A stretch of 64,000 nucleotides of DNA from Planctomycetota bacterium (GTDB lineage: Bacteria; Planctomycetota; Phycisphaerae; Phycisphaerales; Phycisphaeraceae), in the NCBI GenBank assembly GCA_039193915.1, contig JBCCWH010000001.1, positions 7,668 through 71,667 of the forward strand. The letters are read 5' to 3'. The notes below the pieces were generated by a model that ran no database searches, had not been told where the DNA came from, and saw nothing but the letters and a program-made list of their open reading frames with translations. Below, piece by piece: positions 9,437 through 18,576 of the stretch. Made by a program: the position numbers and the translations under genes. Within the stretch, counting starts at the first letter, position 1. Every line of letters starts with the position of its first letter.

Positions 9437-10177
9437 ATGACATCGACTCATACCCTGACCATTTCACTCCTGACTGTGGTGCTCTCGTTGCCCGCGCTGG
9501 CCCACGACGGCCGACGCTTCGAGGTGCAGATCAACTCCGAAGGCCAACTCATTGCCCAAGGCGTCAATACCGGCGCGGACGATGGCGCGCCCGCGATCCG
9601 ACCTTACCTCAACGCGATCCACGGCCACTGGATCAACTTCCCGAGCCTGGGTGGCGCAGCCGCGAACCTGCCGGGGTTCGACCTGTTCAACCCGACCGAG
9701 GCACTTGAAGGTGCCAGCCTCACGCTTACTCTCGACAACGCCTTCCGCTGGACCGCCCCGCCGCCGATGCCACCCGCCGATGCGACCCCTGTCTTCGAGC
9801 CACTCGATGCCAGCGAATCGATCATCATCAGCTACGGCGGCTCGGCCGGGTCCACCCTCAGCACCGACAGCTTCGGCGGGTCATTGACGCTGCTCGACGC
9901 CGTCCCCGTCGGCGGGCAGGGCGACCTCGATCTCGGCTACGAGATCGGGCTGATCCCGGACGACACGATCTACATCCTCCAGTTCACACTCGGCACCGAT
10001 GCGCCGGGGATCACCGACAGCGACCCGGTCTACGCGATCATGCTGCCGCAAGGGCCATCGCTGCATCACGCCGGGCTGTTTACCGAGCGATACCTCGGGA
10101 CGCCCGTGCCCGAGCCGGGGTCCTTGGCGGTACTCGCAGTGGCCGCCGCAGCCTCGGGGACACGCCGTCGCCGCTGA
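9437..10177 (+). CDS. PEP-CTERM sorting-domain protein
   Basis: Signal peptide ending ALA|HDGRR; C-terminal VPEPGSLAVLAVAAAASGTRRRR. Confidence 0.9.
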   Translation: MTSTHTLTISLLTVVLSLPALAHDGRRFEVQINSEGQLIAQGVNTGADDGAPAIRPYLNAIHGHWINFPSLGGAAANLPGFDLFNPTEALEGASLTLTLDNAFRWTAPPPMPPADATPVFEPLDASESIIISYGGSAGSTLSTDSFGGSLTLLDAVPVGGQGDLDLGYEIGLIPDDTIYILQFTLGTDAPGITDSDPVYAIMLPQGPSLHHAGLFTERYLGTPVPEPGSLAVLAVAAAASGTRRRR

Positions 10178-10208
10178 CCATGCCCGCACATTAACACCTC
10201 AACCAATG

Positions 10209-10241
10209 CGCCGCCGGGACCCAACGCCCGGCGGCGTTTTC
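10209..10241 (+). terminator. Intrinsic terminator
   Basis: cgccgccggg-N-cccggcggcg stem followed by tttt. Confidence 0.7.
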
Positions 10242-10291
10242 TTGTGGACCACGGCTAAGCGGGGTGCGAACAGTGCGGCTAAAATCCCGGC

Positions 10292-11596
10292 ATGTCACGA
10301 AAAGTCACTATCACGGGCGTCGGCCCGGTCTGCGGTTTAGGGCTGGGCATCGGCGATGTCTGGCAGGGTCTGATGGAAGGCCGGGGCACCCTGGGGCCGG
10401 TCCAGGCCTTCGACGCCAGCCACATGGACAGCGCGATCGCGGCCGAGGTCCCCGCGTTCAAGATGCGCGACTTCGTGCCCAAGAGCTATCGCAAGCAGAC
10501 CAAGGTGATGGCGCGGGATATCGAGATCGCCGTCGCCGCCGCCCACCTCGCCGGTCTCGACGCCGGGCTCACCACGCACGGCTACGACCCGGACGCCGAG
10601 CCGAGCTACGACCCGACCCGCGTAGGCTGCCACATCGGGGCCGGGCTCATCGCCGCCGACCTCGACGAGCTTACCCTCGCGCTCAACGAGTCACGCAAAG
10701 ACGACGGCAGCTTCGACATCCACCACTGGGGCGAAGAGGGCATGCGCAACCTCACGCCGCTTTGGCTGCTCAAGTACCTGCCCAACATGCTCGCCTGCCA
10801 CGTGACGATCATCCACGACGTGCAGGGGCCCAGCAACACGATCACCTGCGCCGAGGCGTCGGGCGGGCTGAGCTTCGGCGAGTCGCTCCGCGTCATCCAG
10901 CGCGGCGACGCCGACCTCTGCTTCTGCGGCGGCGCGGAAAGCAAGATCAACCCCATGACCTTCTACCGACAGGTCCTGACGGGCAGGCTGACGACGAACA
11001 ACGACAACCCCGGCGAGGCGGTCCGCCCGTTCGATACCGGCGCAAACGGCACGGCCGTGGGCGAAGGCGGGGGCATCCTCACCCTCGAAGCCACCGACAC
11101 CTACACCCAGCGCGGCGGCACCAGCGCCTACGCCCACGTCCTCGGCTTCGGCGCGAGCCAGTCCGTCAACCGCGAAACCCGCTCGCTCGAACCCACCGCC
11201 GAAGGGCGGGGGCCACGTCTTGCGGTCGAGGCGGCGTTGCGTGAAGCGGGCATCAACGCCGACCAGATCGACGTCGTCTTCCCGTTTGGCTGCGGCCACC
11301 CGCGCTACGACGCCGCCGAGGCCGCAGCACTGAAAACCGTCCTCGGCGATCGGCTCGCCGACGTCCCCGTCTACTCCGCCAAGTCGATGATCGGCAACTG
11401 CGGCGCCGGCGCAGGCGCGATCGACCTCGCCCTCGCCGCCCAAGCGCTCAAGACACAGACGCTCCCCCCCATGGTCAACCGCAACGCACCGCTTGATGGG
11501 CTAAGCGCAACACAAGCCAAGCAACTCGACCACGCCCTCGTCGTCACCACCGGCTTCGGCGGACAGAACACAGCGGTCGTGCTGGGGAAGGCGTAA
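10292..11596 (+). CDS. Beta-ketoacyl synthase homolog lacking the catalytic triad (chain-length-factor-like)
   Basis: KS-fold motifs (VTITGVG, RPFD, GEGGG, TGFGGQN). TCAEAS, FGCGH and KSMIGN replace TACAAS, HGTGT and KSMLGH. Confidence 0.85.
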   Translation: MSRKVTITGVGPVCGLGLGIGDVWQGLMEGRGTLGPVQAFDASHMDSAIAAEVPAFKMRDFVPKSYRKQTKVMARDIEIAVAAAHLAGLDAGLTTHGYDPDAEPSYDPTRVGCHIGAGLIAADLDELTLALNESRKDDGSFDIHHWGEEGMRNLTPLWLLKYLPNMLACHVTIIHDVQGPSNTITCAEASGGLSFGESLRVIQRGDADLCFCGGAESKINPMTFYRQVLTGRLTTNNDNPGEAVRPFDTGANGTAVGEGGGILTLEATDTYTQRGGTSAYAHVLGFGASQSVNRETRSLEPTAEGRGPRLAVEAALREAGINADQIDVVFPFGCGHPRYDAAEAAALKTVLGDRLADVPVYSAKSMIGNCGAGAGAIDLALAAQALKTQTLPPMVNRNAPLDGLSATQAKQLDHALVVTTGFGGQNTAVVLGKA

Positions 11597-11635
11597 AGCC
11601 TGAGTCTTGAGGCCTGAGTCTTGAGGATTGAGTTT
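11597..11635. repeat. 7-mer array, left arm of the four-helix-bundle cassette
   Basis: tgagtct/tgaggcc/tgagtct/tgaggat/tgagttt directly after the stop at 11596. Confidence 0.85.
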
Positions 11636-11675
11636 TCAGAACAGCACCGCTGCACTTACCGATAGAGCCGTCCTC

Positions 11676-12038
11676 GTGAGCCGAGATCACCGCAAACTGC
11701 GTGCCTTCCAACTCGCCGACGAGTTTGTATTGCATATCTACAAAATCACGGCTCAGTTCCCCAACGACGAGCGGTTTGGCCTGACTTCTCAGATGAGGCG
11801 GGCTGCGGTCTCAGTCGCCGCTAACCTCGTAGAGGGTTGTGCCCGCGAAACCGAAAAAGACTACCGCCACTTCTGCACTATCAGCTTTGGTTCACTCCGT
11901 GAAACCGGCTACTTCATTGACCTCGCATCCCGGCTCGGCTACACCAAGCAGGAAGATGCCGAGACCTGTCTCGCGCTCTACGATGAAACCGCCCGAGTAT
12001 TGTCGGGTCTAATCCGTTCTCTCAAACCCAGCAGCTAA
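11676..12038 (+). CDS. Four-helix-bundle protein (23S rRNA intervening-sequence protein family)
   Basis: HRKLRAFQLA..IYKITAQFPNDERFGLTSQMRRAAVSVAANLVEG..GSLRET..LGY; visibly lower GC than its neighbours. Confidence 0.93.
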   Translation: MSRDHRKLRAFQLADEFVLHIYKITAQFPNDERFGLTSQMRRAAVSVAANLVEGCARETEKDYRHFCTISFGSLRETGYFIDLASRLGYTKQEDAETCLALYDETARVLSGLIRSLKPSS

Positions 12039-12040
12039 TC

Positions 12041-13390
12041 ATGAATACTCAGGACTCAAGCCCCAAGCCTCAAGCCGTTCGCATCGTCATTACGGGCATG
12101 GGCTGGATCACGCCCCTGGGGCACGACCTCGAGACTGTCTGGGCCGCGCTGCTCTCGGGCGCGTCCGGCGTCCAGACGACCCGGCACTTCGATGCCTCCA
12201 CCTTCCCGACGCAGTTCTCCGCGCCGGTCAAGGACTACGACCACAACGACTTTGTCAGCCACCCCGAACTGCACGAAGGCGTCGGGCTGAACACAAGCTT
12301 CGCGCTGGGCGCTGCGGTGCAGGCGTGGAAGCAGGCCGGGCTTGAAGACTACGCTTCCGGGGGCGCGCTGGACCGCGGCCGACTGGGCATCTACCTCGGG
12401 TCGGGCGAGGGTTCGTTGGACTTTGAGAACTACGTCGCCGCCAACCTCGCGGGGTGGGACGCCGAGTCGCGCAGTGTGGACGGCGCGAAGTGGGCGGACC
12501 AGGCGAAGCACTGCCTGCAGGCGCTCGTCGAGATCGAGCAGGAGCCGAACATGCCGCTGACCCACCTCGCGCTGGAGTTTGGCGCGGAGGGGCCGGCCTA
12601 CAACTGCCTGACCGCCTGCGCGGCCTCGACCCAGGCGATCGGCGAGGCGGCCGAGATCCTCAAGCGCGGCGACGCCGACGTCATGATCACCGGCGGGGCG
12701 CACACGATGATCCACCCGCTGGGCGTCACGGGCTTCAACCGGCTGACCGCCCTCTCGAACCGCAACGACGACCCGCTCACCGCGTCGCGCCCGTTCAGTG
12801 TCGATCGCGACGGGTTTGTCATGGGCGAAGGCGCGGGGATCATCATCCTCGAAACCCTCGAACACGCGACGAAGCGCGGCGCAACGCCGATCGCCGAGGT
12901 CGCCGGGTTCGGCTCCACGGCCGACGCCTACCGCATCACCGACATCCACCCCGAAGGCCGGGGCGGCGCGGGCGCGATGCGGCAGGCCCTCGACGCGGCC
13001 GGACTTCAACCCACCGACGTCGACTACATCTCCGCGCACGGCACGGGCACCAAGGAGAACGACTCGATCGAGACCAAGGCGATCAAGGCGGTCTTCTGCC
13101 CCGACGGCGACACCGCCGCCGCCCCGCCGGTCAGCTCGGTCAAGTCGATGCTCGGCCACCTCATCGCCGCCGCCGGGGTCTGCGAGGCGATCGTCTGCGC
13201 CCTGGCCATCCGTGACAACAAACTGCCGCCGACGAGCAACTACGGCACGCCCGACCCGGTGTGCGACCTCGACTACATCCCCAACGAAGCACGCGACCTC
13301 GGCGCAGCCGGGGGATCGGTCGATGTCTGCCTCTCCAACAGCTTCGGCTTCGGCGGGCAGAACGACACGGTCGTCATCCGGCAGGTGTAA
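12041..13390 (+). CDS. fabF: Beta-ketoacyl-ACP synthase (FabF/type II KS-alpha-like), catalytically intact
   Basis: LTACAAS, SRPFSVDRDGFVMGEGAG, SAHGTGT, KSMLGHLIAAAG, SNSFGFGGQN. Confidence 0.88.
   Translation: MNTQDSSPKPQAVRIVITGMGWITPLGHDLETVWAALLSGASGVQTTRHFDASTFPTQFSAPVKDYDHNDFVSHPELHEGVGLNTSFALGAAVQAWKQAGLEDYASGGALDRGRLGIYLGSGEGSLDFENYVAANLAGWDAESRSVDGAKWADQAKHCLQALVEIEQEPNMPLTHLALEFGAEGPAYNCLTACAASTQAIGEAAEILKRGDADVMITGGAHTMIHPLGVTGFNRLTALSNRNDDPLTASRPFSVDRDGFVMGEGAGIIILETLEHATKRGATPIAEVAGFGSTADAYRITDIHPEGRGGAGAMRQALDAAGLQPTDVDYISAHGTGTKENDSIETKAIKAVFCPDGDTAAAPPVSSVKSMLGHLIAAAGVCEAIVCALAIRDNKLPPTSNYGTPDPVCDLDYIPNEARDLGAAGGSVDVCLSNSFGFGGQNDTVVIRQV
12045..12076. repeat. 7-mer array, inverted right arm of the four-helix-bundle cassette
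   Basis: atactca/ggactca/agcccca/agcctca; encodes the TQDSSPKPQA N-terminus of the ketosynthase. Confidence 0.8.
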
Positions 13391-13461
13391 ATAGCAAGCA
13401 CCGCATACGGGATGCGGCGCTTGCCAGACTCGGTGGTTTGATTGTGCAGGAGGCGTTTGCC

Positions 13462-14178
13462 CTAGTCGTATAGCGACTGCGGCTCGGTGCCCTCGTAGAA
13501 GTCTTCGGGCGCTTCGCCCAGCGTGACCAGGACGACAAGGTCCTGGAAATCAGCCGCGCTGGAACCCACATTCGTCGTGCCGATCTCGAACAGGTAGATG
13601 GCTTGGTTCTGGTCCATCGTCATCTTGCCGGTGTCGTAGTCGATATACGCGCCCACAAACTCCTCGGCGTCTTGCTGGTTCTCGAAACCATCGATCTCGG
13701 GCGCATCGTCGCCGTCGCGCAGGACCTTGACCTGCCAGCCCTCGTCGTGCGAGTTGGCCGAGAGGTGGGTGCGCCAGTGGCTGTCGTAGACACCGCTGTA
13801 CCACCGACGTTTCTTGACCCACGACCGGCCCGAGACGGTGATGTTGATGCCGTCGTCCGCGTCGAAGACCTCGTCCACGATGTAGTGCCGCACCGGGCCG
13901 TGGTCGTTGACATCGCCGTTGGTCGGGCTGCCGTACGGGCCCCAGGGTTCGAGCGTCGTGTCGCCGAGGTGGACCTGCGCGGTCACAGGGATGTCATCCC
14001 CGCTCGACGTGATCGCGGCCCCGAGGACCGACACCATCACGGCGAAGTCCTCGCTCGGGACGACCCGGCCGTCGTCGATCTCAAACTCGATCTGCCCATC
14101 GCCCTCCTGGGCCTGGGCAGGCACGGTCGCCGCGACGAGCCCGAGGGCGCAGGAGGCGGCAAAAAGCTTGGAAGTCAT
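13462..14178 (-). CDS. Secreted acidic protein with a DFQDLVVLV motif, ends PQSLYD
   Basis: Signal peptide MTSKLFAASCALGLVAATVPAQA; strong codon bias; DUF4114-like C-terminal strand motif. Confidence 0.8.
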   Translation of the reverse strand: MTSKLFAASCALGLVAATVPAQAQEGDGQIEFEIDDGRVVPSEDFAVMVSVLGAAITSSGDDIPVTAQVHLGDTTLEPWGPYGSPTNGDVNDHGPVRHYIVDEVFDADDGINITVSGRSWVKKRRWYSGVYDSHWRTHLSANSHDEGWQVKVLRDGDDAPEIDGFENQQDAEEFVGAYIDYDTGKMTMDQNQAIYLFEIGTTNVGSSAADFQDLVVLVTLGEAPEDFYEGTEPQSLYD

Positions 14179-14280
14179 CACTACAGTTCCTTTCAAAGTT
14201 TCACGCGCCTCACCGAACAAGCCAGCCGAAACGGATCGACCGAAGCCAACCTAACTCTCACAATCAAACGCCCCGATGCC

Positions 14281-14324
14281 AAACAAAAATCGCCCCGCCG
14301 AGGAGTGTTCTCCACGGCGGGGCG
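14281..14324 (-). terminator. Intrinsic terminator of the fibro-slime gene
   Basis: cgccccgccg/cggcggggcg stem, followed on the minus strand by atttttgttt. Confidence 0.7.
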
Positions 14325-14358
14325 CTATATCCGTCACAGGCCCAGGGCCTTGGGGTGT

Positions 14359-15156
14359 TTAGTCGTACAGCGGGCTCGTCGTCGTCGGCGGGATCTCTTC
14401 GAGCTGCAGGGTCGTCTCGATACGGAAGTTCGACTGCGTCGTGTGTCGCTCGGCGAAGAACAGGACCAGCTCATACGTCCCGCCCGCTTCGAGGCCGAGC
14501 GCCTCGGCTTCGTCGTCGAGGTTGACGCTGCGGCGGGCCTGGCCGTGCACACCGCCGATGTCCACCGCGAGCTTGCCGTTGATGAAGACCCACACATCGT
14601 CGTCGCCGGTGAACTCGAACATCAGGTCGTAGTCGCGATCGTCCGGGTCGGAGTAGAAGAACGACATCTGCAACTCATACGTAAAGTAGAAGTTGTGCGT
14701 GCCTGTGCTGACCGTCTGGCTGTCGCCGAAGCCGCGCCCGTCGGCGGGGAAGAAGTATTTGTACTCCCCACTCATCTGCTTCTCACGGGCGTAGAAGAAC
14801 ACGTCGGGCTTGTCCGGGTGGGGCTCGAGCGTGATCGCGTACGGGAAGCTGACGTTGACGCCGGGCACGTCGCGGAACCACTGGTTGAACGAATCCGGCC
14901 CGGTGATCATCCCGCGGGTGTAGTCCGTCCCGGTGTTCAGGACAGGCCGGCCATCTTCGCCAAGCATGTCCAGCACCAAGCCGGTGCGCACCCCAAAACT
15001 CTTGCTGGGGTTCTGCATGTCGGGGTGGCTCTGGAGGAAGTCACGCACCACGCCTGTCAGGACGATGCATTCCTCCTCACCTTCGTCGGCCGAAGCCCCC
15101 AGGGGGAAGGCCAACAACCCACCCGCCAAAGCCATCATCAGTTTGCTGCGTTTCAT
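14359..15156 (-). CDS. Fibro-slime domain (PA14-like) secreted protein, ends TSPLYD
   Basis: TGVVRDF..HPDMQ, FNQWFRD, FTGDDDVWVFINGKLAVDIGGVH, FFAERHTTQSNFRIET; signal peptide; aaggag RBS. Confidence 0.9.
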   Translation of the reverse strand: MKRSKLMMALAGGLLAFPLGASADEGEEECIVLTGVVRDFLQSHPDMQNPSKSFGVRTGLVLDMLGEDGRPVLNTGTDYTRGMITGPDSFNQWFRDVPGVNVSFPYAITLEPHPDKPDVFFYAREKQMSGEYKYFFPADGRGFGDSQTVSTGTHNFYFTYELQMSFFYSDPDDRDYDLMFEFTGDDDVWVFINGKLAVDIGGVHGQARRSVNLDDEAEALGLEAGGTYELVLFFAERHTTQSNFRIETTLQLEEIPPTTTSPLYD

Positions 15157-15439
15157 GGCGAATCTCCTTTCGAGCCCTATACACCGCAAGTCAGTTGCGG
15201 ATGTAGGATCAGGGCATGGGTACTCTGTAGGATTCAAATGTCTATACAAACCTACGATTCACCACGACACAGGCAAGCGACATCGCCCAATAACTTCGGC
15301 GTTCAAACTCAGCCATTACTACAAGCCGCACACACCGCAGAACACACCCGGCACAACCCCCAACGAACAACGCCGCGGCCTCCTCCATGCCACGGCGTCG
15401 ATCGAATTTCGTTTTATACAAACGCGAAACGTTCCCGAG

Positions 15440-16075
15440 TCAGTCCAGCTTCCGCGGCATCGTTGACGCCACGACGCGGACCGGTGGAGTGCCGTCACCC
15501 TCGATCGCCAACGACGTATCGGCGTCCGGCATCACGGTGAAGTCCATGCTCCCACGCTCCATGACCCAGACCCCGTCGTCATCAAGCCGACGCGTCAACA
15601 CAAACTGACAAGCAGTCACGCCGCCAAGCAACGGCTCGGTCGTCGTCACGCTCCCGCCGTAAGGCGTCACACTGACATAGATCATCTCCTCGGCCGCGCG
15701 GTACTCCAGGCGGATCAAGTCCCCCTTGGGGTTGACCAGGTCGAGGTAGTGCGAGTTGATCGTGCGAATGCCGTCGAGTGTGACCGGCGGGGTCGTACTC
15801 GAGTCGGGCACGAGCGGGCCGTGCGCCGTCGATGTGCGCACCAGTGTCAGCGTGCGGTGGACAATCAGCCGTGTCGTGGTCTGGGTGCTCGCGCTCTCGG
15901 CGGCGGCGGCGTAGGCCTGGAAGCTTGCGTCCAGCGCCACCATGACCGCCGTCAACAGCATCGCCGTAATCGTCAACGAGATCAGCATCTCGACAAGCGA
16001 CAGCCCGACGCTGCGCCGCCTTCGGCGGGTCGCGCGGGGAGCGGGTCGCATGTTGGTCGAGGTGTGTCGTTGCAT
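15440..16075 (-). CDS. Minor pilin/pseudopilin (PilW/PulJ-like)
   Basis: Basic leader followed by G|LSLVEMLISLTITAMLL. Confidence 0.85.
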   Translation of the reverse strand: MQRHTSTNMRPAPRATRRRRRSVGLSLVEMLISLTITAMLLTAVMVALDASFQAYAAAAESASTQTTTRLIVHRTLTLVRTSTAHGPLVPDSSTTPPVTLDGIRTINSHYLDLVNPKGDLIRLEYRAAEEMIYVSVTPYGGSVTTTEPLLGGVTACQFVLTRRLDDDGVWVMERGSMDFTVMPDADTSLAIEGDGTPPVRVVASTMPRKLD

Positions 16076-16257
16076 CGGGCTACCACTCTTCTTGGGCCGC
16101 GAGGCCGGGTGTCTCCGGGCCTGCACGATGCGGGCGGACCGGGGGGAGGGGCTTGGGGGGTTCAAGACTCCCCAGCCCCACCTTCCCACGGTTCCCTCCG
16201 CCGCGCGGGTGCGCGGGGTTCCGTCTACTGTTTCATCGTGCGTCTGGTGTGTGTCGT

Positions 16258-18576
16258 TTAGTGCTGCCCACCTTCAAAGTAGGTGTCCCACATCGGGATG
16301 ACTTCGACCGGGCCGAGGATGCCGTCGGGCAGGGGAAGGTCGGGGTTGTAGCGGATGTGGATCAGGCCCAGCCCGTTGGTCGGGATCTCGGCTTCCATAT
16401 CGCCCTGCGCCGCGGAGAAGTAACCCAGCGTCGTGTTGAACTGTGGCGAGGTGTCGCCCAGCACCGGGCCGGTGTTGCGCTGCGGGTTGAAGGTTGTCAG
16501 CAGCGAGCCATTGATCTCCACTTGCCCACGCATATCGATCAGACCCGCGACGATCGTGCCGGTCAGCTCGATCTTCTCTTGGCCATCGTGCGGCGCGAGG
16601 AACGTGCCCATCTCGACCGAGTACTGCGGCAGCAGCATCGACGACCGCTGGAACAGTAGCTTCTCACCCGCGCTCAGTTCGGTCGAGTCCTCGATATCAA
16701 AGTGGGTCTGGCCGGTGAAGGTCACCTTGTTGCGTGTGTGCGTGTATTCCTCGGCGACATCGCTCACGAGCGCCCCTTCGAACGTGCAGTCGTCGAACCG
16801 CACGTTGTTCGAGATCGTCTTCGTGTCATAGACCTGCACGCCGCCGATCTCGACGAAGCGGTCGGGGTGCTTCTGGTCGCCCGAGGCGTCCTGCATCCCG
16901 GCGTAGTTGTAGTCCTGGCCGGTGTTCGCCGTCTCGGTCTCGACAAAGGTCACGCCGATGAATCGGCAGTTGATGAACAGCGCGTTGGTCCCCTTCGGGA
17001 TCGTCACATTGCGGAACGTCATGTTCTCGTAGACCGGGCGGTCGTAGTAGTCATACGGGTACGCCGAGCCGAAGGGCACCTCTTCGTTGCGGGTCGCGCC
17101 CAATGGCTGAGGCGTGGACGGGTCGCTGGGGTCATGGTTCGCCGCCTCGGCCACAGCCTGCGCGGCGAAGTCGCCCGTCGCCATCGCGCGGAAGGAGTCC
17201 ACGCTGAACTGGCTGGGGTCCAGGTCGTACTGGTCGTTCTCGGTCGAGTCGAACGTCACGGGCGTCTCGTTATGCCCCGGCACGATCGGCCCCTGCAGGT
17301 AGTCCTGATACGCGCCGTTGGCCGCGCCGTCGTTCCAGCCCGCCGCGTCGGTCGAGATCTGGATCTCGCCGCGGATCTTCGCGTAGCGGTCGAAGTCGTC
17401 GATCAAGCCGTCGCCGTAGCCCGCGCGGCCCGGATCGCCGAACGTATCAATCAGCTCCAGCAACTGGGCCGCCGCGAGCGGTGTCATCACGGCCTCAAGC
17501 TCGCTCTGCGAGATCTGACCGGGACTCGAACTGGTATCGAAGTGCGCTAAGAAAAAGTCGTATTCGTCGATGTAGCCATCGTTGTTGATGTCGTACGTCT
17601 CGGGGTTCGTGTAGTCGGCCACCTCGGTGGAGTTGTAGATGCTCAGGCGGTTGTCGCCGTTCTGGTCATCCGCGATGATCGAACCCATCAGTGCGTCAAG
17701 CTGCGCGTCCAGCGCGTCGTCGAGCCCGCGGAAGTCGGACATGACCTGGATCGGATGGCCGTTGATCAGGTCCGTATCCTCAAAGACCGTGCCGACACGG
17801 CCTTCGATCATGACGTTCTGACCGATCATGACCCGGCTGCGTGAGAGCACGGCGTAGTTGATCCGGCGGGTGATCTGGAAGTCCATCGAAATCGATCGGT
17901 AGACACGGTTGCCCACCGCGCCGTCGTATGCCGTGACGGTCACGCGCACAAAGCGCGCGTCGAGCGGCGTCGTCGAGCTGACCCCCATGTCGCCGTAGGG
18001 CGGCCGGGCGTAGTAGTCGCTGTCATAATCCTCACCCGCGATGGGGTGTGGCGTGAATGTCGCGGTGAAGGAAGGCTCGTTGGGGCCGACCGCGATCGGG
18101 CCGACGTGTACCACGCCGTCCGAATCGATGTACGGCTCCTGCTGATTGTGGAACTCACCGCCCAGCGACGTCACGAGGACGTCCGCGACCTCGTCCCAGA
18201 TCGCGTCGGCGTGGCCCAGCAGCACGTTGGTCGGCATCCCGGTCGTGTCGCCCGACAGGTCGGACGTGGTCAGCGTCGAGATGTACGACGAGTCGGCCGG
18301 GTCGTAGATCGCGCCCGAACGGGTGTAGACCACCGAAGCCGCATCGGCCAGGCGGTAGATCATCAGCCGCATGCCCGTCTCGGACGCGGCCTGCGAGCGG
18401 TTAACTTTGATGTGTGTGTCGGCGGTGTGCAGGTTGCCCTGCGACACGATCGCCATCGCCGCGGCGAGCGAACCGAAGATCACCAGGAACATCATCGCCA
18501 GCAACGCCGCCGCCCCGCGCTCACGCAAAGCCATGTGCGATGTCCGATGTGCGATGTCCGTTCGATTCCGTTTCAT
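16258..18576 (-). CDS. Large PilX/GspK-like protein with Ca-binding-type loops
   Basis: RERG|AAALLAMMFLVIF (no Glu5); DQNGDNRL, DINNDGYIDEYD, DGLIDDFD; GGAG RBS before ATG 18576 (alternative start 18534). Confidence 0.8.
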   Translation of the reverse strand: MKRNRTDIAHRTSHMALRERGAAALLAMMFLVIFGSLAAAMAIVSQGNLHTADTHIKVNRSQAASETGMRLMIYRLADAASVVYTRSGAIYDPADSSYISTLTTSDLSGDTTGMPTNVLLGHADAIWDEVADVLVTSLGGEFHNQQEPYIDSDGVVHVGPIAVGPNEPSFTATFTPHPIAGEDYDSDYYARPPYGDMGVSSTTPLDARFVRVTVTAYDGAVGNRVYRSISMDFQITRRINYAVLSRSRVMIGQNVMIEGRVGTVFEDTDLINGHPIQVMSDFRGLDDALDAQLDALMGSIIADDQNGDNRLSIYNSTEVADYTNPETYDINNDGYIDEYDFFLAHFDTSSSPGQISQSELEAVMTPLAAAQLLELIDTFGDPGRAGYGDGLIDDFDRYAKIRGEIQISTDAAGWNDGAANGAYQDYLQGPIVPGHNETPVTFDSTENDQYDLDPSQFSVDSFRAMATGDFAAQAVAEAANHDPSDPSTPQPLGATRNEEVPFGSAYPYDYYDRPVYENMTFRNVTIPKGTNALFINCRFIGVTFVETETANTGQDYNYAGMQDASGDQKHPDRFVEIGGVQVYDTKTISNNVRFDDCTFEGALVSDVAEEYTHTRNKVTFTGQTHFDIEDSTELSAGEKLLFQRSSMLLPQYSVEMGTFLAPHDGQEKIELTGTIVAGLIDMRGQVEINGSLLTTFNPQRNTGPVLGDTSPQFNTTLGYFSAAQGDMEAEIPTNGLGLIHIRYNPDLPLPDGILGPVEVIPMWDTYFEGGQH

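Noticed and set aside
11676-12038. Diversity-generating retroelement, suggested by the Avd-related fold
   Set aside because: I saw no reverse transcriptase and no TR/VR repeat pair in the window.
13603-15540. Long opposite-strand ORFs (also 18371-20749, 23382-25478, 35740-37449, 53212-55002)
   Set aside because: Antisense shadows of well-supported genes, expected in high-GC DNA; no recognisable motifs.
16140-16220. tRNA-like sequence (ggttcaaga in a G-rich hairpin)
   Set aside because: No cloverleaf or acceptor stem; a simple intergenic stem-loop.
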